Translations under genes and position numbers: made by a program | In this document: positions 1 to 10,243 of the stretch, piece by piece | How positions within the stretch are numbered: position 1 is the stretch's first letter | Layout of the letters: every line of letters starts with the position of its first letter | Assembly: GCA_963717935.1 (NCBI GenBank) | Contig: CAVQXP010000002.1 | Coordinates: forward strand, 397,539 to 461,538 | DNA: 64,000 nt | Origin: Candidatus Eiseniibacteriota bacterium | Lineage (GTDB): Bacteria > Eisenbacteria > RBG-16-71-46 | Direction of reading: 5' to 3' | Notes under the pieces: model-generated | The model's database searches: none | Told to the model about the DNA's origin: nothing | Seen by the model: only the letters and a program-made list of their open reading frames with translations

Positions 1-1612
1 CACGTCGTCGCGCACGGCGAAGTCGCGCCGGGCGTGGGCGCCGCGTGATTCCTGCCGCTTCAAAGCCCCGGCCACCGTCACCTCGGCCAGGTCCACGAGG
101 TTCTCCAGCTCGAGCGCGTGGATGAGGTTCGAGTTGTAGACCCGCGACTGGTCCGCCACGGGCGCCTGCTCGGAGCGGGCGCGGATCTCCTGGATCTGCT
201 TCAGCGCCTTCGCCAGGTCGTCGCCGTTGCGGAACACGCCGACGCACGAGTCCATCGTCGCGCGCAGCTGCCGCCGCAGCTCGTACATGTTCTCGCTGCC
301 GCGCCGCGCCAGCACCGACAGGACGTGTTCCTCGGCGCCGCGCGCCTTCTCCGCCGGCAGCGGCGCGGCCTGGCCCAGCCCGGGCAGTGCCGCCGCGATC
401 TCCCGGCCGGTGATGCCGCCCCACACCAGGCACTCCCCGGTCGAGTTCGAGCCCAGCCGGTTGGCGCCGTGCAGCGACACGCAGGCCGCCTCGCCCGCCG
501 CCCAGATGCCGGCGACGCGCGTGAGCCCGTTGATGTCGGTCTCGATGCCGCCCATCGAGTAGTGGGCCACCGGGCGGATCGGGATCGGCTTGATGATCGG
601 GTCGAGGCCGAGGAACTTGATGGTCACCTCGCGGATCAGCGGCAGCCGCGTGTTGATGCGGTCCGCGCCGAGGTGGGTGAGGTCGAGCTCGAGGTAGTCC
701 TGGCCGTCGGGGGTCTTGAAGCCGCGCCCGGCGAGGATCTCCTCGGTCTCGGCGCGCGAGACCATGTCGCGCGGGGCGAGCTCGATCAGCTTGGGCGCGT
801 ACTTCTCCATGAAGCGCTCGCCCTTGTTGTTGCGCAGGTAGCCGCCCTCGCCGCGGCAGGCCTCGGTCATCAGGATGCCGTTGGGCACCAGGCCCGGTGG
901 GGTGGAACTGCAGGAACTCCATGTCCTCGAGCGGCAGGCCGGCCCGGTAGGCCATGGCCATGCCGTCGCCGGTGACGGTCTGCGAGTAGGTCGTGAAGCC
1001 GTAGAGCGTGCCGCCGCCGCCCGAGGCGATGAGCAGCGCCTTGCCGCGGATCGCCACGGTCTCGCCGGTGCCGGTGTCCAGGCCGACCAGGCCCGCGAAG
1101 CGGCCGTCGTGGACCAGGATGTCGGTGACGAAGAACTCGTCGTAGCGCGTGAAGTTGCGGTAGCGCTGGAGCTGGTCGTAGAGCGTCTGCATCTCGAAGA
1201 AGCCGGTCTTGTCGGCCGCCAGGGTCGCCCGCGGGTAGCTGTGCCCGCCGAACGGGCGCTGGGCGATGTGGCCCTCGGCGTCGCGCGTCCAGGGGATGCC
1301 CCAGTGGTCGAGCTGGCGGATCTCCTTCGGGATGGTGTCGACGAAGGTCCGCACCACGTCCTGGTCGGCCAGGAAGTCGGAGCCCTTCACCGTGTCCCAG
1401 GCGTGCAGCTCGATCGAGTCGCCCAGGTCGGTGCGCAGCACGGCGGCGGTGCCGCCCTCGGCGCAGACCGAGTGGGCGCGCATGAGCTGCACCTTGGAGA
1501 CGATGCCGATGTCGACCTGGCCCTCGAGACGTCTGGAGATCTCCACGGCGGCGCGCAGGCCGGCCAGCCCGGCTCCCAGGATGACCACATCGTGCTTCAG
1601 TTCACGATCCAT
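1..1612 (-). CDS. sdhA: Succinate dehydrogenase/fumarate reductase flavoprotein subunit (3' partial, apparent frameshift ~895)
   Basis: Hand translation gives MDRELKHDVVILGAGLAGLRAA (FAD GxGxxG), RAHSVCAEGG (FAD-His motif), HAWDTVKGSDFLADQD and MEFLQFHPTG; the gene runs off the left edge. Confidence 0.9.
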   Translation of the reverse strand, partial: MDRELKHDVVILGAGLAGLRAAVEISRRLEGQVDIGIVSKVQLMRAHSVCAEGGTAAVLRTDLGDSIELHAWDTVKGSDFLADQDVVRTFVDTIPKEIRQLDHWGIPWTRDAEGHIAQRPFGGHSYPRATLAADKTGFFEMQTLYDQLQRYRNFTRYDEFFVTDILVHDGRFAGLVGLDTGTGETVAIRGKALLIASGGGGTLYGFTTYSQTVTGDGMAMAYRAGLPLEDMEFLQFHPTGPGAQRHPDDRGLPRRGRLPAQQQGRALHGEVRAQADRARPARHGLARRDRGDPRRARLQDPRRPGLPRARPHPPRRGPHQHAAAADPRGDHQVPRPRPDHQADPDPPGGPLLDGRHRDRHQRAHARRRHLGGGRGGLRVAARRQPAGLELDRGVPGVGRHHRPGDRGGTARAGPGRAAAGGEGARRRGTRPVGAGAARQREHVRAAAAAARDDGLVRRRVPQRRRPGEGAEADPGDPRPLRAGARGGPVAGLQLEPHPRARAGEPRGPGRGDGGRGFEAAGITRRPRPARLRRARRR

Positions 1613-1761
1613 GAAGGAACCTCGTTCGCGACTACGGTGGGCAGGGATTCCCGGTGGGTGTGGCGCCGCAGTCTGCCACAAAACCCCGCGCATCATACAA
1701 CCCGACTCGCATCGGACGAAATCGGAGTCCGCGCCCGCGGAGCGCGCGGACGTCCGGCGGG

Positions 1762-2681
1762 TCAACCGGCTGGCGGTCTGGCGCTTCCGCCAGCGGACCG
1801 GGGAGCGGCCGCTCGCGCGCCACCGTGGCCGCCTCGAGCGGCCCGAGCACGCCGTCCTCGACCACCACGCCGCGCAGCAGCTCCAGCGGCACCATCTCGG
1901 CGTGCACGTTGCGCGGCCGCACGCCCGGCGGGCGGCGCGTCCCATACCTCCGCGGTCGGCCGCTCCTCGATCCGCAGCGCCGCGGTCGTCACCGGCAGGA
2001 ACTTGCGGCGCGGCGCGAGCACGTAGACCGGCACCGAGTGCTCGCGTGCCGCGAGCGCCGCGGCGTAGCCGCCCACCGCCACGATGGCGCCGCGGTCGGT
2101 GACCGCATCGGCCCCGAGCCAGAGCGCCGCGGTCTGCGAGAGCAGCATCGGGAGCGCCGCGTCCACCACGAGCCAGGTCGGCACGCCGGCCAGGCCCAGC
2201 GCGGCCGCCAGCGCGCGGCCGTGCAGGAGCGGCCGCCCTTCGCCCACCAGCGCGCGCGGGCCGCGGCCACGGTCGTGAAGCTCGAGCAGGGCCGCGCGCA
2301 CGGTCGTGCCGCAGGAGAGCGTGGAGACCCACGCGCCGCGCTCGGTCAGGAGCGCGCTCGCGGTGCGCGCCACCGCCGCCCGCGCGCCCTCGAGGTCGGC
2401 GCGCTCCGCGGCGCACGACCGTGCGATCTGGACCCGCAGCTCGGGCGGCGGCTCACCGCGATGCAGGCCCGCGTCGGCCACGTCGAGCGCGCGCGCGGCG
2501 AGCTGGTGGACCAGCCCGTTGACCGCGTAGGCGGCCTGTTCGCCGCGCAGCCGGACGAGCAGGGCGGCACGCAGCGCCGCCGCATCGACCGACGCGTCGA
2601 CGGCCGCCCAGCGCTCGAGGCGAGCCAGGAAGCCAAGGGCCTCCCGCTCGCGCCCGGCTCATGCACCGGCGCGTCCGCCAT
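1762..2681 (-). CDS. eIF-2B alpha/beta/delta-family protein (ribose-1,5-bisphosphate / MTR-1-P isomerase-like), frameshifted; ends approximate
   Basis: Motifs TLSCGTTV, VGEGRPLLHG, LVVDAA, LGADAVTDRGAIV..GGY..AL.AREHSVPVYV; C-terminus NVHAEMVPLELLRGVVVEDG lies in another frame. Confidence 0.75.
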
Positions 2682-2861
2682 GGACTCTTCGGAACGCAAC
2701 CGGGCGAGCCGGGATCCGCATGCGGTGTGCCTCCGAGGATGAAGGACCAGAACGCAGGGACCATATCATGGCCTTCATCGGCGTCCCACCGCGTCCAGTC
2801 CCGCGGTCCGGCCCGCTCCGGCGCCGGGCGGGCCGGAGTTGACGCCGGTCCCGCCCGCGCA

Positions 2862-3703
2862 TCAGGCCGTGGAGGGCTCCAGCCGATCCCGTCCGGCAGG
2901 AACCGGGAGGGGCGCGCGCAGCGACCACTCCCGGTCCAGCCACTCCAGGAACCAGATCACGTCGCCGGGCGTCGGCAGGACGTACTCGGCGCGGGAGACG
3001 ACGCGGTCCACCGCCACGGCGAGGCCGCCGCGCCGCCGGACCGCCGCGTGCACCGGCTCGTCGCGCGTGTCGTCGCCGAAGTAGAAGAGTCAGCGTCTCC
3101 GGCAGAGCCGGCTCCAGCCAGCGCTCGAGTGCCGCGACCTTGTCCCGAGCCGTCGGCGGGCATCACCTCGAATCCGGTCCGGCCGTGGACCAGGGTCACC
3201 TGGGACTGGCAGGAGCGCACGCGGCGTCTCACGCCGGCCCCGAAGGCCGGATGCAGGCTGGGAGCGACCCCCGCGAAGTGCAGCACGCAGGAACCGACCC
3301 GGGGCTCGAGGTGCGCGCCCGGGAAACGCTGGCACCATCCTTCGAGCTCACGCAGCAGCGGCATCGGCAGGGAGAAGGTGGCTCCGGCGTGGGTTTCGAG
3401 CCGGCCCCGCTCGTCCCGGGTCTCGAGTCCCGAGGATCCGGCATAGAAGACATGCTCGATGCCGATCCTGCGCCACAGGTCGTCGAGCGTGCGGCTCGAG
3501 AGGATCGCGAGCCGTGCCCCGGCCTGCCGCGACAGCCGCTCGAGCACCTCGCGGGCGCGCACCGGCAGCGTGGCCTCCCGCGGATCGACCGAGATCGGGA
3601 TGAGGGTCCCGTCGAAATCGAGGCCCACGTGCAACGAGTCGGCGCGGCGCAATCGCTCGCTCAGCGAACCGACCGACAGCCAGAGGGGCTTCAGGCTGGC
3701 CAT
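2862..3703 (-). CDS. otsB: Trehalose-6-phosphate phosphatase (HAD IIB), frameshift near 3120
   Basis: LDFDGTL HAD motif I, AILSSR motif II, YAGSSGLE, HGRTGFEV; the motif IV region (GDDTRDE) lies in a shifted frame. Confidence 0.75.
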
Positions 3704-3967
3704 GACGGCATCCTCGCATGGGTGGCCGCGCAGACGCGCCCCGGTGGCAACCGTCACCGGCTCCGCCCGCCGCCGGCAGCGCCGGCGAGCAACGGTCCGC
3801 ATGCCACGCAGAGCAAACGTACTCCTCCCGGACCGGGCGAAGTCAATCCCGAAACGCGGGCCGGAGCCCGGCCGCTGTCCCGTTCAGGAGACGGGGGCGC
3901 TCGCGGGGACGCGTCCATGGCCCCCGGCACGGCCCCGGCAGGGGACCGCCCGGCGGTCGGGCGGCGG

Positions 3968-3996
3968 TTGGCAGCCCCCGGAGGCTGTGCTAGCTT
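3968..3996 (+). promoter_or_regulatory. Putative sigma70 promoter (TTGGCA-N17-TAGCTT, extended -10) of the radical SAM-rne unit
   Basis: Hexamer spacing counted by eye; TGn directly precedes the -10. Confidence 0.5.
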
Positions 3997-4163
3997 GGCC
4001 TTGCCCGGGCCGAGCCCTGCGCCCCGCGGCGCAGGGCTCGGCCGCGTGACAGGGCCCGCTCTGCGGGCGCCCCCGCCTCGCGCTCGCGCCTGCCGGGCAC
4101 CGGTCCCCGGGCGGTGCCGTCTGCGGCCGGCGCACCCTTCCGTATCGGAGAAGTCCAGAGCCC

Positions 4164-6863
4164 ATGACGACCCCCGTCGCGGACCGCATCCAGCATGAGC
4201 TGTTGCCGCGCATCTCCAAGCCCAATCGTTACTTGGGCAGTGCGTCTCATGCTCCGCGAAAGCCCCTGGACCCGGCCGCGGTGCGCGTGCTCCTGGCGTT
4301 CCCGGACGCCTACGAGATCGGGATGTCGAACCTCGGCATCCGTATCATCCATCATGTGCTGAACCAGCGCCCCGACGCGGCCGCCGAGCTCACGTTCGCC
4401 CCCTGGCCGGACGCCGAGGCCGAGATGCGGCGGCTGGCGATCCCGCTCTTCTCGCTCGATTCCCACAGTCCCGCCCGGTCGTTCGACGTCCTGGGCTTCT
4501 CCCTCCAGTACGAGCTGCAGTACACGAACGTGCTCATGATGCTCGACCTGGCGGGGCTGCCGCTGCGCTCGCTCGATCGCGACGCGCGCCACCCGCTCGT
4601 CATCGCGGGCGGGGCGCAGGCCTTCAGCCCGGAGCCGATGGCCGAGTTCGTGGACGCCTTCGTCATCGGGGACGGGGAGGACGTCATCCACGCGATCGTG
4701 GACCAGGTGAAGCAGGCGAAGCGGGAGCGGCTCGGCCGGCCGGCGCTGCTGCGGCGTCTCGCCCGCGTGCGCGGCGTCTACGTGCCCAGGGGCTACGTCG
4801 CCGACGTGACGCCCGAGGGCTGGCTCGTGCCCCGGGCGCGGCCCGGCTACCCGGCGCGCGTGGAGTCGGTGTGGACGCCCCGGCTGCGCGGCGACTCGTA
4901 CCCGGCCGCGCCGCTCCTGCCGCTCGGCGAGATCACGCATGACCGGTTCTCGGTCGAGATCATGCGTGGCTGCACCCGCGGCTGCCGCTTCTGTCAGGCG
5001 GGCATGATCGAACCGCCCGGTGCGCGAGAAGCCGGCCCAGCAGATCGTGGAGGAGGTGCTGCGCGGATTGCAGGCGACGGGGCTCGAGGAGGTCTCGCTG
5101 GTCTCGCTCTCCTCCACCGACCACACGCAGATCACGGAACTGGTGAACGCGCTGGCCGGCGAACTGTGCCCGACGCGGGTGCAGATCGCCCTGCCCTCGA
5201 CCCGGCCCGACAACCTGCCGCCCGAGCTGGCGCGACGGCTGGCCGGGCAGAAGAAGAGCTCCATCACCCTCGCGCCCGAGGCCGGCAGCCAGCGCCTGCG
5301 CGACGTGATCAACAAGAACCACTCCGAGGAGGAGCTGCTGGCTTCGGTCGCCACGGCGGCGCGCGAGGGCTACAACGGCGTGAAGCTCTACTTCATGTGC
5401 GGGCTGCCCGGCGAGACCGACGAGGACCTCCACGCGATCGTCGCTCTGTCGGTCAAGGCCTGGCAGCGCGCCCGGGCCGAGGGGCGGAAGAACTTCCACG
5501 TCACCGTGAGCGTCTCGCCGCACGTGCCCAAGCCGCATACGCCCTTCGCCTGGGCCGGGCAGCTCTCGACGGCCGAGCTCGTGCGCCGGCTGGGCGTGCT
5601 GCGCGCCGCGGCGCGTGGCACGCCCGTCACGCTCAAGTACCGCGACGCGGAGACCTCGCTGCTCGAGGGTGTGTTCACCCGCGGGGACCGCCGCATGGGC
5701 CGGATGGTGGAGGAGGCCTGGCGGCGGGGCTGCCGCTTCGACGCCTGGAGCGAGCACCTGCGCTTCGGTACCTGGCTCGAGGTGTTCCGCGACCACGGCC
5801 TGGACCCCGAGCACGCCCTCGAGGAGCGCTCTCCAGGGTTCGAGCAGCCCTGGGAGGTGGTGCAGCCGCCCGTGACGAAGCGCTTCCTGGTGCGCGAGAA
5901 GCAGCGCGCCGAGCGTGCCGCCGTCACCGGCGACTGCCGGCTCGAGGACCGCTGCTTCTCCTGCGGCGTGACCGACTGCGCGCAGCGCCCGTGGGTCAGA
6001 CAGCCGCACCCGCCGCTCGACCTGGAGCAGGCGCGGGCCGCGGTCGCCCCGCCCGCCTACGGCCGCAGCGCCCGTCGGCGCCCGGCCGGCTCGAGCGCGC
6101 CGGTGTCGCGCGCCGCCGGAGCGCCGTCTCCAGCGTCGCCTCGAGCACGCGATTCCGCATCCTCTTCGAGAAGGGGATCGAGCTGCGCTTCACCTCGCAT
6201 CTCGATCTCATGCGCACATGGGAGCGGGCCCTGCGTCGCTCGGGGCTCCCGCTCGCTTTCAGCCAGGGGCATCACCCGCACATCAAGATGTCGTTCGGGC
6301 CGCCGCTGCCCCTGGGGTACCGTTCCCGGGCCGAGGTCTTCGACCTGGAGTTCGCCCGTCCGCCCGCCGTGGATCTGGCCGAGAGGCTCAACGCGGTGCT
6401 GCCGGGCTCGCTCCGGGTGCTGGCCTTCCGTCCCATCCTCTTCAAGACGCCTTCGCTCATGAGTCAGCTCGAAGGCGCGTCGTACCGGGTCCGCTTCCCG
6501 GGCGGGTTCCTCGCGGAGGCCGGCGTAGCGCCGGAGCACCTCCAGGCGGAGCTCGAGGCGCGCGTCGGCCGGCTGCTTGCGCAGGAGCACCTCATCGTGC
6601 GCCGGCAGAGCGAGGGGCAGATCCGCGAATTCGACGCCCGTTCTTCCCTCGTCGCCCTCGAGCCCTCGAACGCCGAGACGCCGGCGGTACTGGACGTGCA
6701 CGCGCTCTTCATCCCGCGCGGGCAGGTCCGCCCCGACGATCTCGTCGCCCTGCTCTTTCCCGGCGCGGATGTCCGCACCGTGGATGTCGAGCGCACGGTC
6801 CTGTGGGCGGCCGCGAGCGGCCGGCGGCTCGACGCGCTCGAGCTGCTCGGGGCACGCACGTGA
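4164..6863 (+). CDS. TIGR03960-type radical SAM protein fused to a TIGR03936 (DUF2344) domain; two compensating frameshifts (~5010, ~6100)
   Basis: AFPDAYEIGMSNLG, GFSLQYEL, RGCTRGCRFCQAG (CxxxCxxC), TLAPEAGSQRLRDVINK, PKPHTPF; C-terminal FTSHLDLMRTWERALRRSGLPLAFSQG.HPH. Confidence 0.85.
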   Translation: MTTPVADRIQHELLPRISKPNRYLGSASHAPRKPLDPAAVRVLLAFPDAYEIGMSNLGIRIIHHVLNQRPDAAAELTFAPWPDAEAEMRRLAIPLFSLDSHSPARSFDVLGFSLQYELQYTNVLMMLDLAGLPLRSLDRDARHPLVIAGGAQAFSPEPMAEFVDAFVIGDGEDVIHAIVDQVKQAKRERLGRPALLRRLARVRGVYVPRGYVADVTPEGWLVPRARPGYPARVESVWTPRLRGDSYPAAPLLPLGEITHDRFSVEIMRGCTRGCRFCQAGMIEPPGAREAGPADRGGGAARIAGDGARGGLAGLALLHRPHADHGTGERAGRRTVPDAGADRPALDPARQPAARAGATAGRAEEELHHPRARGRQPAPARRDQQEPLRGGAAGFGRHGGARGLQRREALLHVRAARRDRRGPPRDRRSVGQGLAARPGRGAEELPRHRERLAARAQAAYALRLGRAALDGRARAPAGRAARRGAWHARHAQVPRRGDLAARGCVHPRGPPHGPDGGGGLAAGLPLRRLERAPALRYLARGVPRPRPGPRARPRGALSRVRAALGGGAAARDEALPGAREAARRACRRHRRLPARGPLLLLRRDRLRAAPVGQTAAPAARPGAGAGRGRPARLRPQRPSAPGRLERAGVARRRSAVSSVASSTRFRILFEKGIELRFTSHLDLMRTWERALRRSGLPLAFSQGHHPHIKMSFGPPLPLGYRSRAEVFDLEFARPPAVDLAERLNAVLPGSLRVLAFRPILFKTPSLMSQLEGASYRVRFPGGFLAEAGVAPEHLQAELEARVGRLLAQEHLIVRRQSEGQIREFDARSSLVALEPSNAETPAVLDVHALFIPRGQVRPDDLVALLFPGADVRTVDVERTVLWAAASGRRLDALELLGART

Positions 6864-6930
6864 TGCGGGCGGAGCACGGATCTGAGAACGGAGGTCGGCC
6901 GGTCCGTCCGTCCGCCTCGCGAAGGACCCC

Positions 6931-8484
6931 GTGAGACAGCAGATCATCATCAACGCCGATCCGTACGAGACCCGCATCGCCATCCTCGAGGAGGGCGAGC
7001 TGGCCGAACTGAGGGTCGAGCGCTCCGAGCAGCGACGCAGCGTGGGCGACATCTACAAGGGCCGGGTCAACGCCGTGCTGCCGGGCATGCAGTCCGCGTT
7101 CGTGGACCTGGGGCTCGCCAAGACCGGCTTCCTCCATGCCTCGGACCTGGCCGAGAACCTCGCTGCGCTCGAAGACCTCTCCGACGTCGAGGAGAGCGGG
7201 GAGCGCGGCGGCCACCGCCGCCGGGCCGCGGCCCCCAAGATCGAGGAGCACCTCAAGAAGGGCCAGGAGGTGCTGGTGCAGATCACCAAGGAATCGATGG
7301 GCACCAAGGGCCCGCGCATCACCCAGCAGGTGAGCCTGCCCGGGCGCTTCTGCGTGCTCATGCCGGGCGTGGATCACGTCGGCGTGTCGCGCCGTATCGA
7401 GGACCGGGCCGAGCGCCAGCGCATCAAGGCCATCATCACGGACCTCAGGCCCAAGGGTGTCGGCCTGATCGCGCGCACCGCCGGCGAGGGCAAGGGCGAT
7501 CCGGAGTTCGCCGCCGACGTCAAGCACCTGCACAAGCTCTGGCAGAAGGTGGACAAGAAGGCCGGCACCACGCGTGCGCCCGCGCTCGTGCACCGTGAGC
7601 TGGAGATGACCGCGGGCCTCATCCGCGACCTGTTCACCGACGAGGTGGACGAGGTCATCATCGACGACAAGGAGTCCTTCGCCGAGACCCAGGCCTACCT
7701 GAAGGCGGTCTCGCCCGAGCTGCGCGAGCGCGTGAAGCTCTACAAGGGCACGGAGCCCATCTTCGACCACTACGGCATCGAAACGCAGATCGAGAAGACC
7801 TTCGAGCGCAAGGTGTGGCTCAAGAAGGGTGGCTACATCTGCGTGGACCACGCCGAGGCGCTGGTCGCCATCGACGTGAACACCGGGCGCTTCACCGGCA
7901 AGAAGAACCAGGAAGAGACCATCTTCCGCACCAACCTCGAGGCGGCGCGGGAGATCCCCCGGCAGCTGCGCCTGCGCGACATCGGCGGCATCATCGTGAT
8001 CGACTTCATCGACATGGAGATCGAGGCGAACAAGCGCGCCGTGCTGGACGAGCTACGCACCGAGCTCCGCGCGGACCGCGCCCGCACCCGGGCGTTCGCG
8101 GTCTCGGACCTGGGGCTCGTCGAGATGACCCGCCAGCGCGAGCGCTCGAGCCTGCTCCACTACTACACCGAGGACTGCCCGCACTGCGGCGGCCTCGGCA
8201 AGGTGGCCTCGCCCGAGACCATGCTCGTCAAGCTCGAGCGTGCCGTGCGGCGGGTGGCCGCCATGGGCGGCGAGAAGCGCATCACGGTCAAGGTGGCGCC
8301 CGAGATCGCACTGTTCTTCGTCGAACAGGAGGCGCGGCGCTTCGCCGAGCTGGAGAAGCGCTTCAGGATCCAGGTGGATCTGAAGGACGATCCGCAGTTG
8401 AAGCGCGGCGAGATGAAGGTCTTCGGCGCCGGCGGCAAGCGCGACCTGACCAAGCAGGTGGTCGGGAGCGTGCCCGGCACGTAG
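6931..8484 (+). CDS. rng: Ribonuclease E/G family
   Basis: S1 domain GDIYKGRV..VLPGMQSAFVD; AIDVNTG; RQLRLRDIGGIIVIDFIDM; Zn-link CPHCGG. Confidence 0.93.
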   Translation: MRQQIIINADPYETRIAILEEGELAELRVERSEQRRSVGDIYKGRVNAVLPGMQSAFVDLGLAKTGFLHASDLAENLAALEDLSDVEESGERGGHRRRAAAPKIEEHLKKGQEVLVQITKESMGTKGPRITQQVSLPGRFCVLMPGVDHVGVSRRIEDRAERQRIKAIITDLRPKGVGLIARTAGEGKGDPEFAADVKHLHKLWQKVDKKAGTTRAPALVHRELEMTAGLIRDLFTDEVDEVIIDDKESFAETQAYLKAVSPELRERVKLYKGTEPIFDHYGIETQIEKTFERKVWLKKGGYICVDHAEALVAIDVNTGRFTGKKNQEETIFRTNLEAAREIPRQLRLRDIGGIIVIDFIDMEIEANKRAVLDELRTELRADRARTRAFAVSDLGLVEMTRQRERSSLLHYYTEDCPHCGGLGKVASPETMLVKLERAVRRVAAMGGEKRITVKVAPEIALFFVEQEARRFAELEKRFRIQVDLKDDPQLKRGEMKVFGAGGKRDLTKQVVGSVPGT

Positions 8485-8546
8485 ACCGGGCGGCAGACCA
8501 CGGTCATCTCGCACCCTCGCGTTCCGGGTCGAGAATCGTCCGGGTC

Positions 8547-8578
8547 AGGGGCCGGGCGGAGGGCTCCGCCCGGCCCCT
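8547..8578. terminator. GC-rich hairpin between convergent genes
   Basis: AGGGGCCGGGCGGA-gggc-TCCGCCCGGCCCCT perfect inverted repeat. Confidence 0.65.
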
Positions 8579-8585
8579 CGCGTCC

Positions 8586-9176
8586 CTACTCCACCAGCTT
8601 GAGGAAGCTCAGGGGCCGCTGGAGGCGCTCGAAGCCGGCACGCGAGGGCGGGTCCACCTCGGCGATCACCCGTTCGAGCGCGCGCATCGTGTTGAGATCC
8701 TGCACCACGGTGGGGGAGGGTGGCGCGTCGGGCACGAGCAGCACGAGCCGCAGCCGCGCGTGGACCAGGTTCCAGGCCTCCGCCGCCTCGCGGCTCGGTG
8801 GGTAGCCCCGGAGCAGCACGATGACGTCGCATTCCTGAGGCAGCAGGTCGAGCGCGGTGAGCGCCTCGTAGCTCTCGGGCCAGGCGTCCAGCGCGAGGAC
8901 CACGTGCGCGAGCCCGGCGGTCTGGCCCAGGTCGACGATCTCGTCCGGCGCGGGGATGCGCGCGAACTGCACGGTCACGCCGATGCGCAGGTCGCTGCGG
9001 TCCAGGATGAGCGGCAGAAGGGCAGGCCGGGCGGTCGGCCCTTCGGACGGCCGGTCGGAGGAGGCCCGCGGTGGGGTGACGGGTCGGGGCGGCTGGGCGG
9101 TGGTGGCCGGGCCGTTGGCCATGCAGCCGACGACCATGCCGGCCGCGATCAGGGCGGTGACGGTCCAGGATCTCAT
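8586..9176 (-). CDS. Hypothetical lipoprotein
   Basis: MRSWTVTALIAAGMVVGC lipobox-like signal, Pro-rich linker, then a globular domain; GGAG upstream. Confidence 0.65.
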   Translation of the reverse strand: MRSWTVTALIAAGMVVGCMANGPATTAQPPRPVTPPRASSDRPSEGPTARPALLPLILDRSDLRIGVTVQFARIPAPDEIVDLGQTAGLAHVVLALDAWPESYEALTALDLLPQECDVIVLLRGYPPSREAAEAWNLVHARLRLVLLVPDAPPSPTVVQDLNTMRALERVIAEVDPPSRAGFERLQRPLSFLKLVE

Positions 9177-9255
9177 GGGATCTCCGCGGTTGGGTGCTCG
9201 ACGGGTGACGACACCGGGCCAGTATGCCACGGGCGGGATCCCACGGGTGGCGTGC

Positions 9256-9285
9256 TTGACCCGGTCGGGGGGGGCATGGTAGAAA
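9256..9285 (+). promoter_or_regulatory. Putative sigma70 promoter of rplU-rpmA
   Basis: TTGACC-N18-TAGAAA with TGn extension; the spacer has a G homopolymer that may be miscalled. Confidence 0.45.
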
Positions 9286-9386
9286 GTATCGCTCCGCGCG
9301 CCCTGGTGGGCGCTTCTCGAGTGTCCGCGGGCCCGTGGCGGGGCTTCGCCTCTCGCATGCCTGCGTCTTCAGGAGACAGTCCAACG

Positions 9387-9698
9387 ATGTACGCGATCGT
9401 GAACATCAACGGTGTCCAGACCCGCGTCGAGCCCGAGGCCGTGATCCAGGTGGCACGCCTGACGGGCGAGCCGGGCGCCAGGCTCACCTTCGGTCAGGTG
9501 CTGCTCGTGGCCGACGGCGACTCGATCGCGGTCGGACAGCCCTACGTGGAGGGCGCGAGCCTGACGGCCGAGGTCGTCGAGCATTTCCGCGGCCCCAAGA
9601 TCCACATCTTCAGGTACAAGCGCCGGCAGGACTACCGGAAGCGGCGCGGTTACCGCGACGACCTCACGCGTCTGCGCGTGACCGGCATCCAGCGCTAG
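9387..9698 (+). CDS. rplU: 50S ribosomal protein L21
   Basis: MYAIVNINGVQTRV...GPKIHIFRYKRRQDYRKRRGYR; SD AGGAG. Confidence 0.95.
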   Translation: MYAIVNINGVQTRVEPEAVIQVARLTGEPGARLTFGQVLLVADGDSIAVGQPYVEGASLTAEVVEHFRGPKIHIFRYKRRQDYRKRRGYRDDLTRLRVTGIQR

Positions 9699-9707
9699 GG
9701 AGACGTC

Positions 9708-9965
9708 ATGGCACACAAGAAAGGCCAGTCCTCGTCCCGGAACAACCGCGAGTCGAACGCGCAGCGCCTCGGCGTGAAGCGCTTCGGCGGCGAGCGCGTG
9801 CGGTCCGGGGGCATCATCGTGCGGCAGCGCGGCACCAAGTTCTTCCCTGGCCTGAACGTGGGCATCGGCAAGGACCACACCCTGTTCGCCATGATCGACG
9901 GCCACGTCAAGTTCGTCCGTCGCAAGGTCCACGTCCTGCCGCCGGCGGCCGCCGAGACCGCCTAG
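9708..9965 (+). CDS. rpmA: 50S ribosomal protein L27
   Basis: [39 protein letters not shown]. Confidence 0.97.
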   Translation: MAHKKGQSSSRNNRESNAQRLGVKRFGGERVRSGGIIVRQRGTKFFPGLNVGIGKDHTLFAMIDGHVKFVRRKVHVLPPAAAETA

Positions 9966-9980
9966 CCGCAGCCGTTCCTC

Positions 9981-10023
9981 ACGCCGCCCGGCCCCGGGTC
10001 CGAGACCCGCGGCCGGGCGGCGT
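9981..10023 (+). terminator. Hairpin terminator after rpmA
   Basis: ACGCCGCCCGGCC...GGCCGGGCGGCGT stem. Confidence 0.6.
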
Positions 10024-10243
10024 TCGTCCTGGGTGGGCGTGACCGGGCCAGGCCCGCCTCGGGAGCGCGCGGTCGGCGCCCCGCCTCCGCGCTTCGGCCC
10101 CCTTCGGCGGGTGTGCTAGTCTGCCGCTCCGTGCGCAAGCATGGCCCGATCAGCACCCGCGCCGTCCCGGGGGAGAAGACGCCCGGCGACGGCGTGCCGC
10201 GTTTCCAACGGGTGCCGCCGCCGGATCATCCCGGAGCCCGTCC

